From positions 9,993-73,992 of the forward strand of contig JAKSNH010000009.1 in assembly GCA_024399955.1 (NCBI GenBank): a stretch of DNA of 64,000 nucleotides, in the 5' to 3' direction. The notes beneath the pieces are model-generated. The model was given only the letters and a program-made list of their open reading frames with translations. It made no database searches and was not told where the DNA came from. Shown here piece by piece: positions 55,501 to 63,536 of this stretch. Numbering within the stretch: position 1 is the first letter of the stretch; every line of letters begins with the position of its first letter. Made by a program: the position numbers and the translations under genes. Origin of the DNA: Paludibacteraceae bacterium (GTDB lineage Bacteria > Bacteroidota > Bacteroidia > Bacteroidales > Paludibacteraceae).

Positions 55501-55960
55501 CAATGATTGTGTCGGTAGCCATCGTTAAGGCCTCACCGGTGTCGTCGCTCAAGAAATAGCAACCATAGTCGGCATAGCAGTTGCGAGTATGGGAGAAGCG
55601 TGAACCGCTCCATTCCCAACCTACCGGACCTTGAGCATAGAACAAAATATAGTCACCTGATGAGAACACGCTGTCCGCACCTGTATGCATATAGAAAGGT
55701 ATCTGCGGTACATCATCAGGATGAGGTAGCGTGAAGTTCTGATTAATCAGATTGCCTCCGTATCCGAATAAACGCACTTTGTCCGGCTGTAATCCCATAT
55801 TTCGTAATTGGTCATAAGTGAGACGATAAATGCCGGTCTCGGTCACCTGTATCTTGACAAAATGACCATTGGCTAATACCGACTCACTCACATACTCATG
55901 AGCAACTGCCGTTAGCGTACATAAGAGGCATAGAAGCAATATGGTAATAGGTCTTCTCAT
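52550..55960 (-). CDS. porU: T9SS C-terminal signal peptidase/sortase PorU (C25 family)
   Basis: 1136 aa with a gingipain-like catalytic region (YSGHGS..., WALATCNF) and its own C-terminal sorting domain. It lies upstream of porV. Confidence 0.8.
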   Translation of the reverse strand: MRRPITILLLCLLCTLTAVAHEYVSESVLANGHFVKIQVTETGIYRLTYDQLRNMGLQPDKVRLFGYGGNLINQNFTLPHPDDVPQIPFYMHTGADSVFSSGDYILFYAQGPVGWEWSGSRFSHTRNCYADYGCYFLSDDTGEALTMATDTIIDAATEHIDVYSYTDLQLHELDQRNLIDAKGFEGGGREWYGEELTNKKPSITIPFYYSYPVDSMPLVCRVDVAAKSSEATTMTATIAGQSRSTYIMGIPVSDFYTKANTGIITISSALASQQDLSVKVTYSNSDASALAYLNYIEMQVPCKLIIEDNYLFIRNTDNLYASEPSCYHLSGADAGTQIWNITDPLHIRLTPTWWEGDTLCWMGINSAVQTYVAVQTTALSNWKSPSSRGVVVPQNLHKNLQGIHHVIVAPEEFMYAAHNLAQAHEQADPRHKWMAVSTEEVFNEYSSGTPDASAIRWMMKSMYDQFKGTNQQPQTLLLFGDGTFDNRNILASTPATRVLTYQALNSTEETQAYATDDYFGFMDDNDGLSGSSWKDERGTMEIGVGRLPINSQDEADAVVNKLITYLENKNVGNWRQQTCWLADDDDHGLHTRVSEAAAEVVRLNNPNFIVNKIYLDSYVQESSASGESYPVAYNQFINSLQKGVLFMDYSGHGSANNICSEMFLTIKDVQQMTNANQGVWALATCNFAHFDQVHTSSAEEAVMNPYGGAIAVFSADRTVYASENKLINQNFAQYLFTHNSEGQYTLTLGDVTRLAKNATGYSRNKMAFVLLGDPSLRISYPTDYKIVTSELPDTIHAMDLITLRGYITKTNGDDQDTVRMNGKMTITLYDKMQELTTRDNDEPDPSKKQFVKFNSYPNKLYVGDAIVENGVFCCTFRVPKDIHYNFGIGRLALYAQGLVNDTMAEAIGYNEQFVVGGSSPWRVDDKQGPDIELYLNTPLFKDGDVTSSNPHFFANLSDENGINAVGSGIGHDLLLTLDNNNKQTYILNDYYTAKDTFTTGTVDYILPTLSDGSHFLSFRAWDMLNNASTATLRFTVQSGLAPQVYSLAVYPNPVAQGGTVRFCLMNDRPDDQVYVDITFYNLSGQKLKSISGELNDSYLDVDMSSVGLPTGLYIYQFTIRTLFQVSSQHSGKLMVY

Positions 55961-56436
55961 TTAATTTTGCAGTATAGGTTATCTTGTTCAATCTCTTGGT
56001 TCTCATGTAGCGGTGTAGAGGGCACCGGAGCATCAATATAAATATAGTCCCCCATTCGTAGCGTCACAATATGACTAATCTGCTCAATAGTCTGCGCTAT
56101 CTGTTCTTTCTTCTCCTCGCTTAAGGTCTCTACCTGTTGCCATTCGCCCACACATAGTGCGTTATCAAAAGCTGTGGCGCGAGCGTACTCTTTCTCCATC
56201 CAATCATTCGCGATAAAGTCCAGACCGGGTGCGTATGCATCGTAGTATCGTGCTGCAAAGCGGGATTCAATGCACTTGCCTAAACGACTGATACGAATAA
56301 CGGTGCATGGGATGTAACGCATATCATCCGACCAATCCGGCAGGAAGAAAGGCTTGCGCTGATTGAGCAAGGATGCGTCGCACTTCATCGTGTATCGATG
56401 CGCTCCGTTGTAATATGTCAGTCCGATAATCTTCAT
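55957..56436 (-). CDS. hypothetical protein, degenerate FAH-fold resemblance
   Basis: [10 protein letters not shown]...KPFFLPDW...LRMGDYIYID loosely recalls fumarylacetoacetate-hydrolase-family proteins. Confidence 0.35.
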   Translation of the reverse strand: MKIIGLTYYNGAHRYTMKCDASLLNQRKPFFLPDWSDDMRYIPCTVIRISRLGKCIESRFAARYYDAYAPGLDFIANDWMEKEYARATAFDNALCVGEWQQVETLSEEKKEQIAQTIEQISHIVTLRMGDYIYIDAPVPSTPLHENQEIEQDNLYCKIK

Positions 56437-57749
56437 TATTTAGCACGAATGAAAATCTGAATAGGTGTTCCCAAAAAGTTCCACCACTCACGCATCTTGT
56501 TCTCCAAGAAACGGCGATAAGGTTCCTTCACGTACTGTGGCAGGTTAGCAAAGAACACAAACGTCGGCACTTGCGTATTGGGCAACTGAGTGCAGTACTT
56601 AATCTTGATGTACTTACCTTTGGTGGCTGGTGGCGGATAGTTCTCAATTAATGGCAAGAACTTATCATTCAGTTGGGCTGTAGCTACTTTGCGTTGTTTG
56701 TTCTCATAAACAGCCAAGGCTGTCTCCATCACTTTAAAGATACGTTGCTTAGTCAATGCCGAGCAGAAGATGATGGGGAAGTCTGTGAACGGAGCTACAC
56801 GCTCGCGGATAGCACCCTCAAACTCCTTAATAGCCGCATTGGATTTATCTTCCACCAAGTCCCATTTATTTACACATACCACCAAGCCTTTCTTGTTCTT
56901 TTGAATGAGCGAGTAGATATTTAGGTCCTGCGACTCAATGCCACGCGTGGCATCAATCATCAATATACATACATCGGAATTCTCAATGGCACGTATGGAA
57001 CGAACTACCGAGTAGTATTCTAAGTCTTCATTCACCTTGGCTTTCTTGCGGATTCCGGCTGTATCTACCAGGTAGAAGTCCTTGCCGAACTTATTATACC
57101 GCGTGTATATGCTATCACGTGTCGTTCCGGGTATATTGGTGACTATCGTGCGGTCTTCACCGATAAAGGCATTTAGGATAGATGACTTACCGGCATTAGG
57201 ACGACCTACAATGGCGAAACGTGGCAGTTCTTCAAACGCCTCATCCGTATCGTCTTTCTTGAACCGTGAGCATATCTCATCCAGCAAGTCACCCGTACCT
57301 AAACCATTCTCAGCGGAAACGATATAGGGCTCGCCCAATCCTAATTTATAGAATTCCGGAGCGCCATATTGGTTCTCAAAAGTATCTACTTTATTCACCG
57401 CTAATACGCACTCTTTCTTGGATTGACGCAATAAGTGTGCCACTTCCATATCAAACTGCGTTACACCTTCGTTGACATCCACCAATAGCAACACAACATC
57501 GGCTTCCTTGATGGCCATATCCACTTGGCGGTTAATCTCGGACTCAAACGTATCATCCGAGTTAACTACCCATCCTCCGGTATCAATTACGGAGAACTCC
57601 CTGCCGCACCATTCGCACTTGCCATACTGACGATCACGAGTAGTGCCGGCTTCGTTCATCACAATCGCACGACGCGTTTGGGTGAGACGGTTAAAGAGGG
57701 TGGACTTGCCTACATTAGGCCTTCCCACAATTGCAAGTATGTTCGCCAT
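56436..57749 (-). CDS. der: ribosome-associated GTPase Der (EngA)
   Basis: Two G domains: [14 protein letters not shown] and [14 protein letters not shown]. Start taken at MANILAIVG; the listed ORF extends to 57797. Confidence 0.92.
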   Translation of the reverse strand: MANILAIVGRPNVGKSTLFNRLTQTRRAIVMNEAGTTRDRQYGKCEWCGREFSVIDTGGWVVNSDDTFESEINRQVDMAIKEADVVLLLVDVNEGVTQFDMEVAHLLRQSKKECVLAVNKVDTFENQYGAPEFYKLGLGEPYIVSAENGLGTGDLLDEICSRFKKDDTDEAFEELPRFAIVGRPNAGKSSILNAFIGEDRTIVTNIPGTTRDSIYTRYNKFGKDFYLVDTAGIRKKAKVNEDLEYYSVVRSIRAIENSDVCILMIDATRGIESQDLNIYSLIQKNKKGLVVCVNKWDLVEDKSNAAIKEFEGAIRERVAPFTDFPIIFCSALTKQRIFKVMETALAVYENKQRKVATAQLNDKFLPLIENYPPPATKGKYIKIKYCTQLPNTQVPTFVFFANLPQYVKEPYRRFLENKMREWWNFLGTPIQIFIRAK

Positions 57750-58299
57750 TACATTTTTCGTTATTACAATCGTTACACTTTCCGTGACATTTACCACAAT
57801 GATGAGGGTGACGAATCAAGTCCAGTTCGGCTGGTGTTACATCTCTGACTTCCAATATCTTACCTACAAAATGCAGGTTCTCACCGGCCAATGGATGATT
57901 CAAATCAATGGTCACTTTATCTTCGGTTATCTCGCATATCTGCGCATTCACTATCTGTCCGTCGGCTGTGTTCATTGGCACGATATTGCCCACGAACACA
58001 CGTTCGTCATCAAACTCACCATCTCCATTAAAGAACATTGACTTAGGCAACTCCATCACACCGTTCGTGTCATATTCGCCATAGGCATCCTCACATGCGA
58101 TGCGAAAATCAAACTCCTCACCGGCTTTTCTGCCTGCCATTGCTTCTTCAAACTTAGGCAACATCATTCCTTCGCCTTGACAGTACGTGAGCGGATGTTG
58201 CTCGGTCGCACGTTCCATCAATTCTTCTTGATTCTGTTTGGCACCATCTACATATAAATCATAGGTGCATGTCACTACTTTTTGATTTGTTACCACCAT
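57715..58299 (-). CDS. slyD: FKBP-type peptidyl-prolyl isomerase, SlyD-like with Cys/His-rich tail
   Basis: FKBP + IF-domain pattern (YDLYVDG...[22 protein letters not shown]...[12 protein letters not shown]) and the tail [31 protein letters not shown]. Confidence 0.75.
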   Translation of the reverse strand: MVVTNQKVVTCTYDLYVDGAKQNQEELMERATEQHPLTYCQGEGMMLPKFEEAMAGRKAGEEFDFRIACEDAYGEYDTNGVMELPKSMFFNGDGEFDDERVFVGNIVPMNTADGQIVNAQICEITEDKVTIDLNHPLAGENLHFVGKILEVRDVTPAELDLIRHPHHCGKCHGKCNDCNNEKCNGEHTCNCGKA

Positions 58300-60974
58300 G
58301 TCACTTTCTTATTCGTTGTACTATTATTTGACTTATCATATTTCAAATCTGCCAGCATGGATGCGTTCACACCGATGTGGAAGTTATAACTCTTATACGG
58401 ACCAAATGGCACAAAGCTGGCTGTCATATTCCAACAGTGCATGTCTCGAGATACATTAAAATTCGTGTACGACCACTGCTTATGCGTAATATCATAACTG
58501 GTGGTAGCACTGGCTTTCCATCCCTTACCTAATCCAATAGATGCCGACAGACTGACGTTTTGCGTCAATTCCATACGATACTGCATACGGCTATCAATGA
58601 AATTATCCTTCGTATGTGGTGCGTCCGCATAGCGAATCGTATAACTGACGGTCAGCGACCATGGTATCTCAGCCTTGACATATCCGTCTTCTATTTCCGC
58701 CTCCTTGTCCTTCTCTCCGTTATTGCGCTTAGCATTGGTCATTGAACCATCGCTCTGTACTTGCATCTCATCCATATTACCATCGTCCGAGACTTTCTTA
58801 TCTTTCTTGCCGAACCATTTCTTGAAGAGGGCATTATTGAAAGTATAACTCAAACTGGTATTGGTACCGGTCCAGTGAGGGAATCGACCATGATGCCAAT
58901 ATTGTTTGTCCGTTCTTACCGGATTACCGTGAGCATCGTATTCGTACATGTAGGGGTCTAACTGAGTGGATAAGTTAAGGGTGTAATTAACAAACGGTAT
59001 CTTGAGCCTCAAGTTAATGTTGAAATTACTCCATCGCATCGAATCCGCTGCAAAGTTATAGGCTCCGCTGATACCTAAGTTATCAATGATGCTATATATC
59101 TTATACGGATTAGTGCCGGTTGTGTCTTTGTCGTTACGCACCTTCACCTCTAAGTTGTTCTGCACACCAAAACTGAGCGATGCCGATAATCCCCGTGACG
59201 CATTGCCGTATAACTGTCCATCGTAGTAGGAATAGTTATGTCGAACGCTCTCCTTCACCACTTTCTCACCCGTAATGGCATTAATCGAATCCTCGCCTAA
59301 ACTATTCTTCTCATAGATGTTCTCATCGTAGGTGCCGTAGTACCCCCATAATTTCTTGCCAAAGTCCGGGTGGTAGGAGAAACTCAACGAAGGTGTCAGC
59401 ACGTGCCTAAAGCGATCTACCTTACTATTGGGGAAGAGTTTCTTAGAGGGAATATAAAATCCGTACAACTTAGTGGATAGTCCTAACGATACCGAGAAAT
59501 CAAACACATTATAGAACCCATTGGTGGTATCTCTCACTACCGCTTTATTGGTATCATCCCATTTCTGACTTACCCGTTGGAAATACATACGGTCGGTCAG
59601 GTTAATCGTGGGCGTTACACTAAGGTACTTAAATAGCATCCAGTTGGCCGAGATTGGTATATTATGTCTTAATCCGGTCTTCCAATCGCGCAGGAAATCC
59701 GAGTGGAAGAAGTTCTTTTCTTTGATGTTATTACCTACAATCTTGGCATTACCCGAATAAGACATCTTGATTTTCTCGTACCATTTCTCCGGACCTACAC
59801 GATGCTTGCGGCGGAAAGGATAGATACTGGACATATTCACGCTCAAGTCCGGCGCCGTCATCGATATGGTGCTATCCTTCGTTCGTTGGTTAAGCAACAT
59901 ACTCATCGATATGCTCCACGGACTATTGGGGAAGCGTTGGGTGTAACTGATGGAACTGGACTTGGTGTTCTCGGCATTGGCTTGACCATTATAGTAACTA
60001 TTGATATTACTGCGGTTATAGCCGCTGGTTGAGAAGTTCACACTCGCCGAGAACGTAGAGTAGGGGTTGGCCTTGCTATCCTGCTGGTGCGTCCATTGCA
60101 GTTTGAGGTTAGTCGCTTGTTCGTAGTCCGGCATGCCACGCTCACCGGTTACGTCCATACGGTAGTTGAAATCAATTGAGCCACTGAATCCGTAACGTTT
60201 GATATAGCGTGTTTTGGCATATACTGCCCACGTACCTTTCGTATAGATATCTCCACGAATCTCAAGGTCCATATAGTCGTTAATGGCGAAGTAGTAACCG
60301 ATACCCTGTAAGTACAAACCACGTGATAAGTCGTCGCCGAACGATGGCATAATCAATCCACTCGTATAGGAAGAGGTGAAGGGGAAGAAACCAAACGGAA
60401 TAGCCAATGGCACCGGTACATCACCTACTACCATATATGCCGGACCGGTAGCGATAAAGTGACCGGGCTTAACCTTCGCGCGAGTCATCTTCAAGTAAAA
60501 GTGAGGATGGTCATGATTGCTACAAGTCGTATATCGACCGCCCGACATCATCATCACATCCTTCTGCGTCTTCTTCGTTTTATCGGCTACTACATAACCT
60601 TCACCTTGTTCCGTCACTACTTCACGAATAAAACCTTTCTGTGTCTTCATGTTGTAGGTCATCTCTAAACTCTCGTAACTGTCGTTACCATCCTTAAAGA
60701 TCGGTTTACCTACTAACTCGTCCTCAATAGTGTCGTGGTATCCATTGGCGTAAATCAGACTACTATCCAGTACCATCTTAATACGCGCCGCCGTCAATTC
60801 CATGTGCTCGTATTGCACCGTACTATTGCCATACATCGTAGCGTGACCGGTACCCATCAATATAATGGAGTCCTCAGCTACGTATGTGATAGGCGAACTA
60901 ATCGTCTCGCCCCACATTGGCAGTACCATAAACAATGCCAAAACAATACTATGTACAACTTTCCTTATACGCAT
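58290..60974 (-). CDS. LptD/OstA-like outer-membrane LPS-assembly protein
   Basis: ~890 aa with a signal peptide, an OstA-like N-terminal beta-jellyroll region, then a long beta-barrel with aromatic-rich strands. Start chosen at MRIRKVVHS. Confidence 0.6.
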   Translation of the reverse strand: MRIRKVVHSIVLALFMVLPMWGETISSPITYVAEDSIILMGTGHATMYGNSTVQYEHMELTAARIKMVLDSSLIYANGYHDTIEDELVGKPIFKDGNDSYESLEMTYNMKTQKGFIREVVTEQGEGYVVADKTKKTQKDVMMMSGGRYTTCSNHDHPHFYLKMTRAKVKPGHFIATGPAYMVVGDVPVPLAIPFGFFPFTSSYTSGLIMPSFGDDLSRGLYLQGIGYYFAINDYMDLEIRGDIYTKGTWAVYAKTRYIKRYGFSGSIDFNYRMDVTGERGMPDYEQATNLKLQWTHQQDSKANPYSTFSASVNFSTSGYNRSNINSYYNGQANAENTKSSSISYTQRFPNSPWSISMSMLLNQRTKDSTISMTAPDLSVNMSSIYPFRRKHRVGPEKWYEKIKMSYSGNAKIVGNNIKEKNFFHSDFLRDWKTGLRHNIPISANWMLFKYLSVTPTINLTDRMYFQRVSQKWDDTNKAVVRDTTNGFYNVFDFSVSLGLSTKLYGFYIPSKKLFPNSKVDRFRHVLTPSLSFSYHPDFGKKLWGYYGTYDENIYEKNSLGEDSINAITGEKVVKESVRHNYSYYDGQLYGNASRGLSASLSFGVQNNLEVKVRNDKDTTGTNPYKIYSIIDNLGISGAYNFAADSMRWSNFNINLRLKIPFVNYTLNLSTQLDPYMYEYDAHGNPVRTDKQYWHHGRFPHWTGTNTSLSYTFNNALFKKWFGKKDKKVSDDGNMDEMQVQSDGSMTNAKRNNGEKDKEAEIEDGYVKAEIPWSLTVSYTIRYADAPHTKDNFIDSRMQYRMELTQNVSLSASIGLGKGWKASATTSYDITHKQWSYTNFNVSRDMHCWNMTASFVPFGPYKSYNFHIGVNASMLADLKYDKSNNSTTNKKVTWW

Positions 60975-61013
60975 GTGTGCGTTTGTATGCGCGCATTGAC
61001 GCAATAAAACGTG

Positions 61014-61021
61014 CAAAAGTA
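61014..61021 (-). promoter_or_regulatory. -7 box (TACTTTTG on minus) for the lptD-like gene
   Basis: Plus-strand caaaagta, ~40 nt upstream of the ATG at 60974. Confidence 0.5.
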
Positions 61022-61105
61022 CAATTTTTTTTCCATATAACCAAATAAATTTGCATATAAGCGATTTTTTTTTGATATTATTTTGTGTACTTGCGAAATT
61101 CTTTG

Positions 61106-61113
61106 TATCTTTG
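61106..61113 (+). promoter_or_regulatory. -7 box TATCTTTG for pheS
   Basis: acttgcgaaattctttgTATCTTTGcacg, the same cassette as at 63481-63510. Confidence 0.55.
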
Positions 61114-61132
61114 CACGTTAAATTGCGTTATT

Positions 61133-62236
61133 ATGAGCGAATTATTAAAGGACAAGATTGAACGTCTGCGTGCTGAGGCGCAGAATTTGCATGCTAACAC
61201 GGCTGAAGAAGTAGAAGCGTTACGTCAAAAATACCTGAGTAAAAAAGGTGATGTTAGCCTTTTGTTTGAAGATTTTAAGGCGCTGGCCAAAGAGCAAAAA
61301 GCGCAATGGGGAGCATCCGTTAACCAGCTCAAGCAGCAGTTTGAATCGCAAATCAAACAAATGCGCGAAGACATGGAGGCTAAGGTGCAAACGATTGCCT
61401 ATAAGGAGGATCTTACCCGTACTCCGGACTCCATCGGATTGGGTGCACGTCACCCTCTATCCCTGGTGCGTGAGCAGATTATCAATATCTTTTCTCGTAT
61501 CGGTTTTACGGTGGCTGATGGACCTGAAGTAGAGGACGATAAGCATGTGTTTGGTATGCTGAATTTCGCCCCTGAACACCCGGCAAGAGATATGCAGGAT
61601 ACTTTCTTCGTGGAGAAAGAAGAAGGTGTGCAAAAACCGACTGATATCCTTTTGAGAACGCATACTTCCAGCGTGCAAACTCATGCTATGATTCAGTGGG
61701 CTAAACAACTGCAATCTGCAACCTGTAACCTGCAACCTGCAACCTGCGAAACGTTTCAACCGCTTCGAATTCTTTGTCCCGGACGTGTGTTCCGTAATGA
61801 GGCTATTTCCGCTCGTGCACACTGTTTCTTCCATCAGGTAGAAGGTCTGTATGTGGATAAGAATGTCAGCTTTGCTGACCTGCGTCAGGCGTTGTTGTAC
61901 TTCGCTAAAGAGATGTTCGGACCGGATACCCAAATCCGTCTGCGTCCCAGCTATTTCCCCTTTACTGAACCAAGTGCCGAAATGGATATCTCCTGCGACT
62001 TATGCGGAGGGAAAGGCTGTGCTTTCTGTAAAGGTACAGGATGGGTGGAGATCTTAGGTTGCGGTATGGTCGATCCTAATGTGTTAGAGAGCTGCGGTAT
62101 TGATAGTAAAGTCTATTCCGGCTATGCTTTCGGTATGGGTGTAGAGCGTATTGCTAACCTCAAATACCGCGTCAAGGACCTGCGCCTCTTCTCCGAAAAC
62201 GATGTCCGCTTCCTCGAACAGTTCGAGAGCTGCTAA
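61133..62236 (+). CDS. pheS: phenylalanine--tRNA ligase alpha subunit, with internal repeat insertion
   Basis: LLRTHTSSVQ, CPGRVFRNEAISARAHCFFHQVEGL, FPFTEPSAE and GFAFGMGVERI class II motifs. Start taken at MSELLKD. Confidence 0.92.
   Translation: MSELLKDKIERLRAEAQNLHANTAEEVEALRQKYLSKKGDVSLLFEDFKALAKEQKAQWGASVNQLKQQFESQIKQMREDMEAKVQTIAYKEDLTRTPDSIGLGARHPLSLVREQIINIFSRIGFTVADGPEVEDDKHVFGMLNFAPEHPARDMQDTFFVEKEEGVQKPTDILLRTHTSSVQTHAMIQWAKQLQSATCNLQPATCETFQPLRILCPGRVFRNEAISARAHCFFHQVEGLYVDKNVSFADLRQALLYFAKEMFGPDTQIRLRPSYFPFTEPSAEMDISCDLCGGKGCAFCKGTGWVEILGCGMVDPNVLESCGIDSKVYSGYAFGMGVERIANLKYRVKDLRLFSENDVRFLEQFESC
61706..61747 (+). repeat. heptamer array (CAACTGC AATCTGC AACCTGT AACCTGC x3) inside pheS
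   Basis: Six 7-nt units = 42 nt = 14 codons, read as QLQSATCNLQPATC. Confidence 0.9.
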
Positions 62237-62240
62237 ATCA

Positions 62241-63158
62241 ATGAGAAAAGCACTCCCCTATGTGGCAGTTATCACTTCGATGCTGATTTGGTCAGTGTCG
62301 GGTATTGCCATCAAAACAGCATTACTGTCTTTCTCTAACTTGAGTTTACTGGTAATGCGGTTCACGTTGGCTATCGTCGTACTCTTGCTTATTGGTTTGT
62401 GCTGCCAATCTAACGCGACGTTGGGACTGCAAAAATTGGATAAAAAGGATATCCCCCTGTTCCTCTTGGCTGGATTTTTCCAACCGTGTTTGTACTATTT
62501 ATTTGAAACCTATACCTACGATGCTTTGTCTTCGCCTACAATAGCGGAGACGCTTCTTTCAACCAATCCTGTCTTAGCCCCTATTTTCGCGTGGCTGATT
62601 CTGCGTGAGCGCGTCACACGCTATAATATAATAGGTATTGCTATTTCTACTATTGGAATGGTGATGTTGGTACTGATTGGTTCTACGAATTTCCGGTTAG
62701 GAAACGCATGGGGATTATTGGCGGCTTTCCTTGCTGTCTCTACTGCGGTGCTCTATTCGGTCATTTTACGCCGTATTCCTGCCAAGTACAACTCGCTAAC
62801 GATTGTTTTTTATGTGCAATTGTGTGCTCTTTTCCTCTTTTATCCCATGTGGGGTATTAAAGAAGGCATTCATTGCCCGATTAGTTTAGATATAACCGCT
62901 TGGACCACCCAACTTTGGCAATCTGTGGCTGGGGTGGTTTACTTGTCTTTATTTGCTACAATAACAGCATTCATTTTGTTCTGCTATTCGGTTAGACAGA
63001 TAGGTGTTACCAAAGGTAATGTGTTCAATAATATACGTCCTTTGTTTACGGCCTTGTTTATGTTCTTTGTCTTTGATGAGCACTTGCCTGCCGGAAAATG
63101 GATAGGAATGTTTCTAATTATCGTCGGTCTATTCATCAGCCAAAAAAAAATTGGTTAA
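62241..63158 (+). CDS. DMT-superfamily (EamA) transporter
   Basis: Ten hydrophobic helices forming two EamA-like halves. Start at the ATG 5 nt after the pheS stop. Confidence 0.75.
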   Translation: MRKALPYVAVITSMLIWSVSGIAIKTALLSFSNLSLLVMRFTLAIVVLLLIGLCCQSNATLGLQKLDKKDIPLFLLAGFFQPCLYYLFETYTYDALSSPTIAETLLSTNPVLAPIFAWLILRERVTRYNIIGIAISTIGMVMLVLIGSTNFRLGNAWGLLAAFLAVSTAVLYSVILRRIPAKYNSLTIVFYVQLCALFLFYPMWGIKEGIHCPISLDITAWTTQLWQSVAGVVYLSLFATITAFILFCYSVRQIGVTKGNVFNNIRPLFTALFMFFVFDEHLPAGKWIGMFLIIVGLFISQKKIG

Positions 63159-63236
63159 TTCTCTTAATTCAAAATTCTTAATTCATAATTTTGTCTTCTC
63201 TTAATTCAAAATTCTTAATTCAAAATTAAATAAACG
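63156..63236 (+). repeat. TTAATTC/AAAATTC array with an internal ~37-nt duplication
   Basis: ctcttaattcaaaattcttaattca occurs at 63161-63185 and 63198-63222. The array starts at the stop codon of the DMT gene. Confidence 0.85.
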
Positions 63237-63246
63237 ATCTCGTCTT

Positions 63247-63295
63247 TCCGGAATAGCGCTAGCGGTCAGGTAAATCCGGAATATCCGCCTTTTTT
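63247..63295 (+). repeat. second copy of the tccggaatagcg...ccggaatatccg module, ending in a T-run
   Basis: Aligns by eye with 18845-18890 and is followed by tttttt. Confidence 0.7.
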
Positions 63296-63367
63296 GTTCT
63301 TTCGACTCCGCATTAAATGCGGAATCCTCTAGTTTAGCTTTAGCGGCCTATTGTCCTAGTCCACTAG

Positions 63368-63416
63368 TCAATTACCTGCGGTGCTGTTGGCTTAGGCCTT
63401 TACGCGTAGCGTTAGT
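63368..63416 (+). repeat. second copy of the tcaattacctgcggtgct module
   Basis: Aligns by eye with 23362-23410. It is followed by a (GTTTAC GTTTGC)x2 hexamer array at 63414-63441. Confidence 0.7.
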
Positions 63417-63502
63417 TTACGTTTGCGTTTACGTTTGCGTTAAAAAATGGCAATCTCTACCCGAAATTGCCATTTTTATTTGCATATTTGCGAAATTCTT
63501 TG

Positions 63503-63510
63503 TACCTTTG
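63503..63510 (+). promoter_or_regulatory. -7 box TACCTTTG for the lipoprotein gene at 63537
   Basis: ttatttgcatatttgcgaaattctttgTACCTTTGcac. Confidence 0.55.
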
Positions 63511-63536
63511 CACACAAATTCAAAATCTAACATTTT

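Noticed and set aside
43459-62236. pheT and pheS being 15 kb apart as a sign of rearrangement
   Set aside because: As far as I recall, separation of pheS and pheT is the normal arrangement in Bacteroidetes. Both have their own promoter cassettes.
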